Source: Candidatus Aminicenantes bacterium (GTDB lineage: Bacteria > Acidobacteriota > Aminicenantia > Aminicenantales > Saccharicenantaceae). From it: DNA of 64,000 bases. The notes below the pieces were generated by a model. That model worked only from the letters and a program-made list of their open reading frames with translations, ran no database searches and was not told the DNA's origin. The stretch spans positions 27,007 to 91,006 of the forward strand of contig JAPKZD010000012.1 in the NCBI GenBank assembly GCA_026393975.1, read 5' to 3'. Shown here piece after piece: positions 9,409 through 18,646 of the stretch (position 1 is its first letter; each line of letters opens with the position of its first letter). Both the position numbers and the translations under genes were made by a program.

Positions 9409-9554
9409 TTTACCCGCAGGAGCCTCAGAAGGAGGGGGATCATGACCAGGAGGTAGAGGACAAGGTCGTCACGGCTCTTCTTCTCCCGGACGAAATTCCA
9501 ACCGAAGAGGACGAGGACAAAGGCCGTGATGACATAATAGGCGATCATGATCAT
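9405..9554 (-). CDS. 49-aa two-TM microprotein, translationally coupled (ATGA overlap) to the AstE/AspA-like gene
   Basis: Not in the track (below the 60-aa cutoff). MIMIAYYVITAFVLVLFGWNFVREKKSRDDLVLYLLVMIPLLLRLLRVK. GAAGGA 8 nt upstream of the ATG. The stop TGA (9407-9405) overlaps the ATG of 8230..9408 (GTAAAATGAAAGAC). GC3-rich codons. Confidence 0.45.
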   Translation of the reverse strand: MIMIAYYVITAFVLVLFGWNFVREKKSRDDLVLYLLVMIPLLLRLLRVK

Positions 9555-9573
9555 CGGTGCGTCCTTCGCCTTT

Positions 9574-10882
9574 CTACATGCTCCATTTGACTAGGAAGGT
9601 CAGCTTCGAGCTGAAGATGATCATGGCCATGCCCACGGCGGTGATGACCAGCCAGGGGAGCCAGGTCGCTTTAAGAAATTCCTTGTAGGAGCCTTCGTAC
9701 CCGGAAACCATATTGCTCAGCCGGCCGATGAGGGCCGTCGGCGGCAGGCCGTCGCCGAGGGGCCAAAGGAGGCTCAGCCCGGCGATGACGACCGTCGCAT
9801 GAAAGCCGATCGAGTCCAGGAACCAGATCAGGGGAATGCCGATGATCGCCGCCCCGCCATAGGTCAGGATGCCCTCGGAGAAGGGGATGATGACCGGGAG
9901 GAGGAAGAAGAGGAGGACGAGCGGCGTCGATATGACGGCGAACGACAGGAGGCCGCGGACGCCGGTCACGGTCATGATCTGCTGGAGCATGCCGACGACG
10001 ACCATGGTCGCGAGAAGAGGCAGAAGTCTCTTTGCTGTGTCCCGGGCCAGAGTGAGAAACGGGATTTTTTTTGGGCTGAGGAGAAGGGCTACCGCGCCGG
10101 CGATGGCGAACTCGAGGGACAGGCCGAAGATGGGCGTCGCGAAGGGCCAGGCCCGGTAGGCGATGACCAGCCCGAAAAAGACGGCGAAAGGCAGGAGGAC
10201 CCGCCACCAGGTCATGCCCTTCGGCGGCTCGGGCAATTCGGCGGGTCCCGCCGCGGCACCCGGGTCCTTCTTCAGGCCAAGGACGAGGACGGTGAAAGCG
10301 CCCAGGATAAGGACGGGGATGCCCAGGGTGAACTCGAACCCGACGTAGGGGATGGCCGTCCCGGCGCAGAGGATCATGGCCCAGATGTTGACTGGGGGCG
10401 CGGCCGCGCTCAGACCGGCCACGATGAAGAGGATGGCGGCCACCTTCTTGCGGGAGACGCCGAGGCGGCCGAGAGCCATGGCCACGGGGGCCCCGACGAC
10501 GAGTAGCGACACGCTCCCGGCTCCGGTCAGGGCGCCGGGGATGAGGACGATGACCATCAAGACGAGCAGGACGAGGACCCGCTTCTTCCCGAAGACGCGG
10601 AGCGTCGCCCGGACGACGTAGACGACGCCGCCCGATTCGTTGACGATGGTCATGAAGAGCGTCGCCGTGAAGAAGACGAGGATGACGTCGAGATAGGTGA
10701 AAGAGCCCTCGACGAGGTGGCGCCCCAGGTCGGCGATAGGCGGCGTCTTGAGGAACGCTCCTGCGACGCCGCAGGCCAGGGCCGAAGCGAACATGCTCAG
10801 CTCGACGGACAGCTTGGCGGTCTTGGCCGCGACATACGCGGCGATCATGACCGCGAGAATGATCAAGATCTGTGTCGTCATG
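9574..10882 (-). CDS. polytopic membrane permease (DctM/TRAP-large-subunit-like ion-transporter superfamily; family uncertain), first gene of the operon
   Basis: About 12 predicted TM helices. Start is ambiguous between ATG 10944 (MASKGR...) and ATG 10882 (MTTQILIILAVMIAAYV); the latter is preferred because it opens directly into TM1. Confidence 0.5.
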
Positions 10883-11170
10883 CCTAATGCCCCGCATCTT
10901 ACAGGAATTCGGACGGTTCGGTCAACACGCCCCTTTGACGCCATCCGTGCTGTGATGGGGACCGGCGAGGAGTCGTTCTTAATAACCTGTGCTGAAACCT
11001 AACGAGCTTCCCTAGCGTTATAGACAAAACCCGATGATTCCGCTAAGATGTCCGCGGAAAGGGGTCGAAAGGAGTTTCGACCTATGTTTGATTCAAGGCC
11101 TCCTGTCCGGGAGGGCATTTCCAAACCCGCTCTTTTTCCGCTACAATATGGTCCTATAAGGAGGACATCC

Positions 11171-14100
11171 ATGCGGCAATCCGCTTTTTCAAAATTCCTC
11201 TTCGCGTTGAGCCTCGTGGGCTTCCTGGCCGGCATGGGTGCGCCGGGCCTCCAGGCCCAGTATTACGGCCGGAACAAAGTCCAGTACCAGAAGTTCGACT
11301 TCAAGATCATGAAGACCCGGCACTATGACATCTATTTCTATCTCCAGGACGAGCAGACGGTCAAGCTCGCCGCCCTCATGGCCGAGCGCTGGTATTCGCG
11401 ACTTTCCCGGATGTTCAATCACGAACTCAAGGGCCGCCAGCCTCTCATCCTCTACGGGAGCGGGCTCCTGGGCGAAGGGACGGGCGGCGTTACCGAGTCG
11501 TTCAAGCGCCGGATCGTCCTGCCCTACGGGGCCTCGCTCTCCGAAACAAACCATGTCATCGGGCACGAGCTTGTCCACGCCTTCCAGTACGACATCATGG
11601 CCCAAGGTCATTCCGACCAGGCCCGGGGGAACGAGATGGGCCTCCGCATTCCCCTCTGGTTCATCGAGGGCATGGCCGAGTATCTCTCCATCGGCCCGGT
11701 CGACCAGAACACCTCGATGTGGATGCGCGACGCCGTGCGCCGCAAGCAGCTGCCCCAGATCAGCAAGCTCGACAACTCCTACAAATATTTCCCCTACCGC
11801 TGGGGCCATGCCGTCTGGGCCTACATCACCGGTCGCTGGGGGGACGAAGTCATCGGCAAGATGATGAAATCGGTCGGCCGCTCCGGGGACTACCAAGTCA
11901 TCCTGGAGAGCGTGCTCGGCATCAAGCTGAAGCAGCTTTCGGCCGATTGGCATAAGTCGATGGAGGACGCCTACACCCCGCTCATCGAAAAAACCCAGAC
12001 GCCCGACAAGTTCGCCAAGGCGTTGTTCAAGGGCGTGGAGTCCAATCCCTACAACATCGCGCCGTCGATCAGCCCGGATGGCAAAGAACTCGTGTTTCTT
12101 TCGACCCGGGACCTTTTCTCGATCGACCTTTACCTGGCGGATGCCGACACCGGCAAGATCAGGCGGAAGATCATCTCGACCGCCGTGGACCCCCATTTCG
12201 AGAGCATCCAGTTCATCAAGTCCGCCGGATCCTGGGACGCCAAGGGCGAGAAATTCGTCTTTGGCGGCGTGGCCAAGGGCCGACCGGTCCTGACCATTCT
12301 CGACATGAAGAAAGACAAGATCGAGCGGGAGATCCCCTTCGGCGAGCTGGCCGAGATCCTCAGCCCGGCCTGGTCGCCGGACGGGCGCTACATCACCTTC
12401 ACCGCCCTGGCTGGCGGGGTCTCGGACATCTTCATCTACGACCTCAAGGACAACGTCCTCAAGCAGATGACCCGGGACGTCTTCGCCGACCTCCAGCCGG
12501 TCTGGTCGCCCGACGGCAAAACCATCGCCTTCGTCACCGAGCGGTTCTCGACCAACCTCGACTGGGTCGATATCGGGAACTACGAACTGGCCCTGCTCGA
12601 CGTCGAGTCGGGCCGGATCCAGAAGATCCTCGGTTTCCCCAACGGCAAGAACATCAATCCCCAATGGACCGCGGACTCGAAGGGGCTCTATTTCCTCTCC
12701 GACCAGAACGGCAAGACCGACCTCTACCGGATCGATATCGCCTCGGGCAAGCTCTTCCAGATCACGAATCTGTATACGGGCATCAGCGGTATCACCGATC
12801 TCAGCCCGGCCATCTCCGTGGCCCAAGAGACGGGTCGCGTCGTCTTCTCCGGCTACCAGGACAGCTACTACACCGTTTACTCGATCGACGACCCGAAGGT
12901 CCTCGAAGGGCAATCCTTCCTGGCCCAGTTCGAACGCAACCCGGCCCTGCTGCCGCCGCGCGCGGAAGCCGAGGGTTCGCTCCTCGGCCTCCTCAAGAAC
13001 CCGCTCTTCGGCCTGCCCAAGGACACGAACTTCGCCATCTCCGCCTACAAGCCCAAGCTCGGCCTGGACTACATCTCGCCGCCCAACATCGCCGTCGGGG
13101 TCGACCGCTACGGGACCTACGGCGCGGGCGGCATCTCCGCCTACTGGAGCGACATGCTCGGCACCCAGACGATCGTCACGACCGCCTTCACCGGCTCCCG
13201 CCTCATCGACACGTCCGGGGTCCTGGCCTACCTCAACAATAAAGGCCGTTTCAACTGGGGCGCGGCGGCCCAGCGGATCGTCTACCCCTACCCGTATTAC
13301 TACATCTATGAGGATGAATTCGGCGGGCAGCCCGCGATCTTCGAGGTCGAGGACGTCTACCGTCTCATCAATTACGACCTCTCGCTCTTCGGTTCCTATC
13401 CCTTCAGCCAAGTCAGCCGGTTCACCCTGAGCGGCGGCTTCCGGGCCCAGGGCTTCAACCACACCGTCTACACGAGGATCTATGACGTCAACACCGGGTA
13501 CTTGATCTCCTACGAGAAGACCCACCCGAACGATGTGTCCAAGGCCCTATCCTTCGGCTACCTGACGGCCGGCTACTATTACGACACCGGGATCTTCGGA
13601 GCGACGAGCCCGATCCTTGGCCAGAGCATGGGGCTGGCCGTATCGCCGTCCGTCGGCAATATCAATTTCGTGACGGTCTCCGCGGATATCCGGAAGTATG
13701 TCATGCCCGTCAGACCTCTCACGCTGGCTTTCCGGGCTCTCCACCTGGGTCGCTACGGGGGCGGCGCCGAGGACGAACGCTTCTACCCGCTTTACATCGC
13801 CTACTGGGACCTCGTCCGCGGCTACGAATCCTTCTCCAACGCGGAGATGAACGCGTACCAACAGGATCCGGCTAAAGCCTTCGATCTCAACCGGCTCTAC
13901 GGCAGCAAGATGATCGTGGGCAATGTGGAACTCCGGTTTCCGCTGCTGGGCCTCCTCGGCCTGGGCAAGGGCTACTTCGGCGCCTGGCCCCTCGAGTTCT
14001 ACGGGTTCTTCGACTGGGGCATCGCCTACGCCGATAGTCTTGGACGGTGGTGGTCCAATCCGGGGGACACGGATGTCAAGGACGTCAAGCCCTGGTTCGC

Positions 14101-14251
14101 GGGAGGGAATCGGAAGCCCATCAGCAGCTACGGGATCGGCTTGAGGACCAACCTCTTTGGCTACCTCATCCTCGGGTTGAACTACGTCTACCCGATCGAC
14201 CGGCCGGTTCGCGGCTGGCATCTCCAGATGAGCATCAGCCCGGGCTTTTAA
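11171..14251 (+). CDS. outer-membrane Omp85-superfamily beta-barrel protein with a non-POTRA periplasmic region: HExxH metallopeptidase-like domain plus PD40 (TolB-type) beta-propeller repeats
   Basis: Track ORF trimmed to ATG 11171 (AAGGAGG RBS; signal peptide MRQSAFSKFLFALSLVGFLAGMGAPGLQA). HELVHAFQYD is an HExxH motif. Repeated SPDGKELVF, WSPDGRYITF and WSPDGKTIAF are PD40 blades. C-terminal about 400 aa are beta-strand rich with a WDLVRGYESF lid-loop motif and a terminal ...SISPGF (aromatic C-terminus) typical of Omp85/BamA barrels. Confidence 0.6.
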   Translation: MRQSAFSKFLFALSLVGFLAGMGAPGLQAQYYGRNKVQYQKFDFKIMKTRHYDIYFYLQDEQTVKLAALMAERWYSRLSRMFNHELKGRQPLILYGSGLLGEGTGGVTESFKRRIVLPYGASLSETNHVIGHELVHAFQYDIMAQGHSDQARGNEMGLRIPLWFIEGMAEYLSIGPVDQNTSMWMRDAVRRKQLPQISKLDNSYKYFPYRWGHAVWAYITGRWGDEVIGKMMKSVGRSGDYQVILESVLGIKLKQLSADWHKSMEDAYTPLIEKTQTPDKFAKALFKGVESNPYNIAPSISPDGKELVFLSTRDLFSIDLYLADADTGKIRRKIISTAVDPHFESIQFIKSAGSWDAKGEKFVFGGVAKGRPVLTILDMKKDKIEREIPFGELAEILSPAWSPDGRYITFTALAGGVSDIFIYDLKDNVLKQMTRDVFADLQPVWSPDGKTIAFVTERFSTNLDWVDIGNYELALLDVESGRIQKILGFPNGKNINPQWTADSKGLYFLSDQNGKTDLYRIDIASGKLFQITNLYTGISGITDLSPAISVAQETGRVVFSGYQDSYYTVYSIDDPKVLEGQSFLAQFERNPALLPPRAEAEGSLLGLLKNPLFGLPKDTNFAISAYKPKLGLDYISPPNIAVGVDRYGTYGAGGISAYWSDMLGTQTIVTTAFTGSRLIDTSGVLAYLNNKGRFNWGAAAQRIVYPYPYYYIYEDEFGGQPAIFEVEDVYRLINYDLSLFGSYPFSQVSRFTLSGGFRAQGFNHTVYTRIYDVNTGYLISYEKTHPNDVSKALSFGYLTAGYYYDTGIFGATSPILGQSMGLAVSPSVGNINFVTVSADIRKYVMPVRPLTLAFRALHLGRYGGGAEDERFYPLYIAYWDLVRGYESFSNAEMNAYQQDPAKAFDLNRLYGSKMIVGNVELRFPLLGLLGLGKGYFGAWPLEFYGFFDWGIAYADSLGRWWSNPGDTDVKDVKPWFAGGNRKPISSYGIGLRTNLFGYLILGLNYVYPIDRPVRGWHLQMSISPGF

Positions 14252-14389
14252 GGCTTTTTCGGGAGCCGGGGGACGAAGGCGCTCGTCTTGCGGGCGTAGG
14301 CTTGGAACGCCGGCGATGAAAGCGTAGTACAGTCTCAGCCTTTCTCTTTCTCTATCCTATCCATTGCAGCCGGAAAATCCGATCGAACC

Positions 14390-15724
14390 CTACGATCGGC
14401 CTTGGCCCGTCTCGACCATTGCCGGAGGCCGGAAGGCCACAGCCAGCAAGATAGCGGCTCCCAGCGCGGTCAGGCACGGCAGCAAGAACATCGACCGGAA
14501 GTCCGTAACGCCGTTGACGGTGAAGACCGATTGTATCAGCCACGGGCACAGCGAGTTGGCCGCCAGTACTCCGATGCCCAGGATCATCACATTGAACAGC
14601 CCCTGCGCGCTCGAACGAACGTCCTTGGGGAAATACGCGTCCACAAAAATGTATACCGTGGCGAAGAAGAAAGCGTAGCAAATGCCATGCAAGACCTGGA
14701 TGGCCACGATCATCCATGGCTGGGAGGGGAAAAAGGCGTATACCGCGAACCGGCCGGCATGCCCAAGAATGCCAATGAGCATCGTAATCCGCCAGCCGAG
14801 TTTTTTCAACACGGCTCCCAGGACGAGCATGGTCAGGATCTCCGAGACCTGACCCAAACTCATGACGGGCATGATCCAGTTGCCAGGAATGCCGACGCCG
14901 CCGGCCTCGGGCCTGGCGCCGAGGAACGAAGCGGTCCAGTTGAAATACGAGTTATGAACGAAAGCGTCGACGAACGTCAAGAACCACAGGATCAGCACGA
15001 AGGGGTGCTTGAGCAACTTCACCGCTTCAAGCCAAGCGAAGCGTTCGGCAGCGGAAGCATCCAGCTTTTTTTTCTTTGGAGGGGTGTGGGGGAGGAGCAG
15101 GCTGTAAGCGGCTAGACCCAGGGAGACGACGCCCGCTACGATGAATGTCCAGCGCGTCGCTTGTTTCAACGCTTGGCCGGTGAGCCCTGAGCCGAGGGCC
15201 GTTCCGAGCCATGCGACCACTCCATGCGGCGCCGCCGCCCTGACTCGGGCCCAATCCACAAAGATGAACGTGAATGGCCAGGCTGCGAGAATCCAGCCTA
15301 TGGTGCCCCCCATGCGGACAAAACCGAACTCCTTCCGCGCGTCCTTCATGTGGGTGAAGGCGATCGAGTTGGCGATCGAGATGGTCGGGACGTAGAAAAG
15401 GCAATGCACGAGCATCAGGACAAAGAAGGGCCAGAACTCGCGGGTGAATCCCAGCCCGAGTATTGCGAGTCCGCCGATGAGGTGACTCATACCCAGGAAC
15501 TTCTCAGCGGCGAAATGGCGATCCGCGAACTGGTTACTGAAAAACATGCCGACGATGGCGGAGAGGGGGAAGGCATTCAGGATCCAGGCCTGCTGGGTCG
15601 TTGTAAATCCGAGACTTGGCAAATAGCTGAATATCAGCGGAAGCCATGCTCCCCATATGAAGAACTCCATCACCATCATGATAAATAGTCTGCTGCGCGT
15701 ACTCTTTGCCGCTGTCATGCTCAC
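14390..15724 (-). CDS. MFS transporter, nucleoside:H+ symporter (NHS)-like
   Basis: 444 aa, 12 TM. MVMEFFIWGAWLPLIFSYL resembles the NupG/XapB-type N-terminus. Co-directional with the upstream TIM::DUF1080 gene. Confidence 0.55.
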   Translation of the reverse strand: MSMTAAKSTRSRLFIMMVMEFFIWGAWLPLIFSYLPSLGFTTTQQAWILNAFPLSAIVGMFFSNQFADRHFAAEKFLGMSHLIGGLAILGLGFTREFWPFFVLMLVHCLFYVPTISIANSIAFTHMKDARKEFGFVRMGGTIGWILAAWPFTFIFVDWARVRAAAPHGVVAWLGTALGSGLTGQALKQATRWTFIVAGVVSLGLAAYSLLLPHTPPKKKKLDASAAERFAWLEAVKLLKHPFVLILWFLTFVDAFVHNSYFNWTASFLGARPEAGGVGIPGNWIMPVMSLGQVSEILTMLVLGAVLKKLGWRITMLIGILGHAGRFAVYAFFPSQPWMIVAIQVLHGICYAFFFATVYIFVDAYFPKDVRSSAQGLFNVMILGIGVLAANSLCPWLIQSVFTVNGVTDFRSMFLLPCLTALGAAILLAVAFRPPAMVETGQGRS

Positions 15725-15767
15725 TTCTCCTTTTATCTAACAGCTGTCCCAGGCGCCTGATGGCCGA

Positions 15768-17249
15768 TCAGAGCTCCTTGAGGAAAATGTTCCGGAAGAA
15801 GGGGGGCGACTGGCTGTCGTGGTTCTGGAGGCCGACGTACCCCTCGGGAGAGAGGTCCTTGACCTTGCCGCCCGGCTTAGCCTCCCAGTCCATGACCGGC
15901 TTCCCGTTGAGCTCGATGCGGAGATGGGCGCCCTTGAACTCGATCTTGAAGTGGTTCCATTCGCCCGCGGGGAGCGAGGCCGCGAGCTTGGGCGCCTCGA
16001 TGTCGTAGGCGGCCCCGGTGTGGTGGATGCCCGTCGACTTATCGTCGATCTGGATCTCGATCGAATGATAGATGTAGTCGTCGCTCACGGGGACGGAGGG
16101 CACGCGGAGGAAGATGCCCGAGTTCGTCGTCTCGGTCGAACATTTGAAATCGCACTCGAGGATGAAATCCCTGACCTTTTTCGAGTACCAAAGGAGGCCC
16201 ATGCCGCCCTGGCCCTTGAGGACGCCCGTCTTCGGGTCGCACTCGAAGTAGCCCGGCCCGTAGTGGTTCCAGCCGTGCTTCTCGTAGCCGCCCCAGTCCC
16301 GTTTGAGGATCTGGTCGTAGCCTTCGTAATAGGTCACGCTCTTGACGTAGGCGATGCTCTTGCGGAAGGCGGGCATGGGGTCGCCGACCTCGGACTCGTT
16401 CTCGTATTCCATCGTCAGGTAGCCGTCGTAGTCCTGGAGGGTCAGCTCGGCCAGGAGGTCGCGGATCATTCCCTTGCCGGCGCCCCAGGGGACGTCGTCG
16501 ACGCCCTTGGCCGTCCCGAAATCGCTCCGGTCCTTGAGGTGGACGTCGAGGATGCGGCCTTTCAGGAGCTTGAAGGCCTCGCGCGGGTCGTTCATGCCCC
16601 GCATCCAGTGGCCGCTGTCGGCGCAGGAGCCGATACGCGCGTCCTTGCCGTCGACGTGGCTGAAGACGGTCTCGGGCAGATTGTACTTCGAGGGCGCAGG
16701 ATGGTTGTGGATGGCGATCTTGATGTCGTATTCCCTGACCAGCTTCTCGAGCAGGGTGAAATCGTCGTCGGCCGGCTCGCAGACGATGACGCGGATGCCC
16801 ATCTTACGGGCGAAGTCGAAGACCTTGCGCATGCTTTCTTCGGTCTTGCCGATGTCGACGACGCCGTAGCCGTAGAGCGTGACGCCAGCCGTCTTGAGGG
16901 CGTCCTTAGCGAAGGTGACCTGTTCGGCGGTCATCTTCTCGTCGAAGCGGGCGCCGGGCAGCTCGGCGGCGAGGGCCTGGCCGGGGAAGGCCTCGACCGC
17001 TGCGACGCCGAGCTCCTTGAGCATCCGGAGCGTCTCGACGAAGGTAAACTTGCGGAACGTCCAGGCCTCCGCGGCGAAGGGGAATTTCTTGATGCGGACG
17101 CTCGCGTAGTCCGTCGCCGCGACGGCCTTCTGGAGCTCGGACGATATGTGCCGGATCTGCGGTGCTGTCGGCGGGACTGCAGCAAGGGCCGGGGCGGCCG
17201 CCGAGCTGAGGATGAGGGCGAGGGCGATGATCGCGGGAATGCGTTTCAT
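15768..17249 (-). CDS. secreted fusion protein: xylose-isomerase-like TIM-barrel (sugar phosphate isomerase/epimerase) domain plus C-terminal DUF1080 (3-keto-disaccharide hydrolase-like) domain
   Basis: Start moved to ATG 17249 (AAGGAGA RBS; signal peptide MKRIPAIIALALILSSAAAPALA). The TIM region carries a HNH..DSGH metal-site-like pattern. The C-terminal about 160 aa contain GYVGLQNHD, characteristic of DUF1080. Confidence 0.6.
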   Translation of the reverse strand: MKRIPAIIALALILSSAAAPALAAVPPTAPQIRHISSELQKAVAATDYASVRIKKFPFAAEAWTFRKFTFVETLRMLKELGVAAVEAFPGQALAAELPGARFDEKMTAEQVTFAKDALKTAGVTLYGYGVVDIGKTEESMRKVFDFARKMGIRVIVCEPADDDFTLLEKLVREYDIKIAIHNHPAPSKYNLPETVFSHVDGKDARIGSCADSGHWMRGMNDPREAFKLLKGRILDVHLKDRSDFGTAKGVDDVPWGAGKGMIRDLLAELTLQDYDGYLTMEYENESEVGDPMPAFRKSIAYVKSVTYYEGYDQILKRDWGGYEKHGWNHYGPGYFECDPKTGVLKGQGGMGLLWYSKKVRDFILECDFKCSTETTNSGIFLRVPSVPVSDDYIYHSIEIQIDDKSTGIHHTGAAYDIEAPKLAASLPAGEWNHFKIEFKGAHLRIELNGKPVMDWEAKPGGKVKDLSPEGYVGLQNHDSQSPPFFRNIFLKEL

Positions 17250-17269
17250 GGGGTCTCCTTTGTTCGCTT

Positions 17270-18526
17270 TCACTTCGACTTCGGGTTCCACTTCCCCCTG
17301 GCCACGGGCGGGATGTAATCATCCAGGCCCTTGAACGGGAAGGCCAGGGTCTTGCCCAGCTCGGCGCTCCGATAGGCGGCCATGAGGAGCTCGGCGACGG
17401 CGACGCCGTCGGTGAAATTCTCCTCGGGCCGGACGCCCCTGAGGAACGACTGGACCATGTGCCGGTTCTCGGCAATGTAGCCGTATTCGCCGGCTTCGTC
17501 GGCGACGATGGGCATCAGCCCGATCTCGGCGTTCTGCTTCTCGACGAGGTCCTCGCCGGCCTTGCCCTGGACCTCGCGGCTGAAGAAGACCTTGAGGCCG
17601 GCGTCGAGGGAGTTGATCTGGAGGGCGTACTCGGGCCCGAGGAGCTCCATGCTCAAGCGGAGGCCCGCCCCGACGTAGCACCAGCTCGTCGTCGTCTCGA
17701 CGACGAGGATCTTGCCGGCCTTGTCCTTGTATTCGACGAGCGACCGGGCGAAGTCCTCGGCCGGCCGCTTGAGGTAGTCGGTCTTGCCGCCGCTGTTTTT
17801 GGCCAGGATGGCGGCGTATTTGGGCTCCTGCCACTTGAGGCAGTTGGTGTAGGCGGTGACGCTCACGGGCGTCAGGACGTCGCGGGGGGCGCCGGGCGGG
17901 GTCAGCATGAATCGGGCCTCCTCGACCGAGTGGCACATCATGTCGTTGAGGACGCCGCCGCCCTGCAGAGCGCCTTCCCAGAACCAGGGCATATGGGGGC
18001 CGCTGTGCTCCTCGGCGGCCCGGGCCAGATAAGGAGGCCCGGACAGGGCCGCGCCGCGGGCCCAGACGATCTCCTTGCCCCGCACGACGGCCGGGGAGAA
18101 GACCTGGTTTTCCAGGTAGCCGTCGAGGAGGCCGGCCTTTCGCGCAAGCTCGAGCATGTTCTTGGCCTCGCGGACGTTGCGGCCGAGCGGTTTCTCGCAG
18201 GCCACGCCAACGAGCTCCGCCTTCCCCTTGCTCACGGCGTGAGCGATCTCCTCCATGACCGCCCCACGGGTGTAGTTCGGGGCGCATATCCAGAGGGCCC
18301 CGATGCGCGGGTCGGCGGCCATGTCCGTGATCGAGGCGTAGGGCTTGGCTTCGCCGACGCCGAGCGACTTGACCAGGGCGCAGGCCTCGCGGGCGCGTTT
18401 CGCGTCAGGGTCGAAGACGCCCAGGATGTCGGCGTCGCGGACGCCGACCCAGGACTTGATGTGGAAGCGGGCGATGAACCCGCCGCCGATGATTCCGATG
18501 CCGAGGACCTGTACTTTCTTTGTCAT
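17270..18526 (-). CDS. Gfo/Idh/MocA-family NAD(P)-dependent oxidoreductase
   Basis: N-terminal Rossmann fold VLGIGIIGGGFIARFH. Typical length (about 418 aa). The start could also be ATG 18532 or 18553. Confidence 0.7.
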   Translation of the reverse strand: MTKKVQVLGIGIIGGGFIARFHIKSWVGVRDADILGVFDPDAKRAREACALVKSLGVGEAKPYASITDMAADPRIGALWICAPNYTRGAVMEEIAHAVSKGKAELVGVACEKPLGRNVREAKNMLELARKAGLLDGYLENQVFSPAVVRGKEIVWARGAALSGPPYLARAAEEHSGPHMPWFWEGALQGGGVLNDMMCHSVEEARFMLTPPGAPRDVLTPVSVTAYTNCLKWQEPKYAAILAKNSGGKTDYLKRPAEDFARSLVEYKDKAGKILVVETTTSWCYVGAGLRLSMELLGPEYALQINSLDAGLKVFFSREVQGKAGEDLVEKQNAEIGLMPIVADEAGEYGYIAENRHMVQSFLRGVRPEENFTDGVAVAELLMAAYRSAELGKTLAFPFKGLDDYIPPVARGKWNPKSK

Positions 18527-18646
18527 GTCATGAATCTCCCGCATCGGGGACACGGTTCAGAAGTTCATGTCCCCATATGGTCCCTCAGTTGGACCTCCTT
18601 TTTTGAGGACTCTACATACCTTAAATATCGACGGATTGTCAATTTC

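Noticed and set aside
8005-9456. 483-aa plus-strand ORF opposite the AstE/AspA-like gene
   Set aside because: Shadow ORF, R/G/A/D-rich, no start context. The opposite strand has the Zn-binding HxNE motif.
11189-13525. 778-aa minus-strand ORF inside the HExxH-PD40-Omp85 gene
   Set aside because: Antisense frame with extreme D/G/V/E composition. The plus frame has a strong RBS, signal peptide and recognisable domains.
18554-18646. Terminator or small ORF in the acyl-CoA ligase / Gfo intergenic region
   Set aside because: Only a weak 5-bp hairpin (GGTCC...GGACC) without a U-tract, and a 3-codon ORF. Not supportable as a feature.
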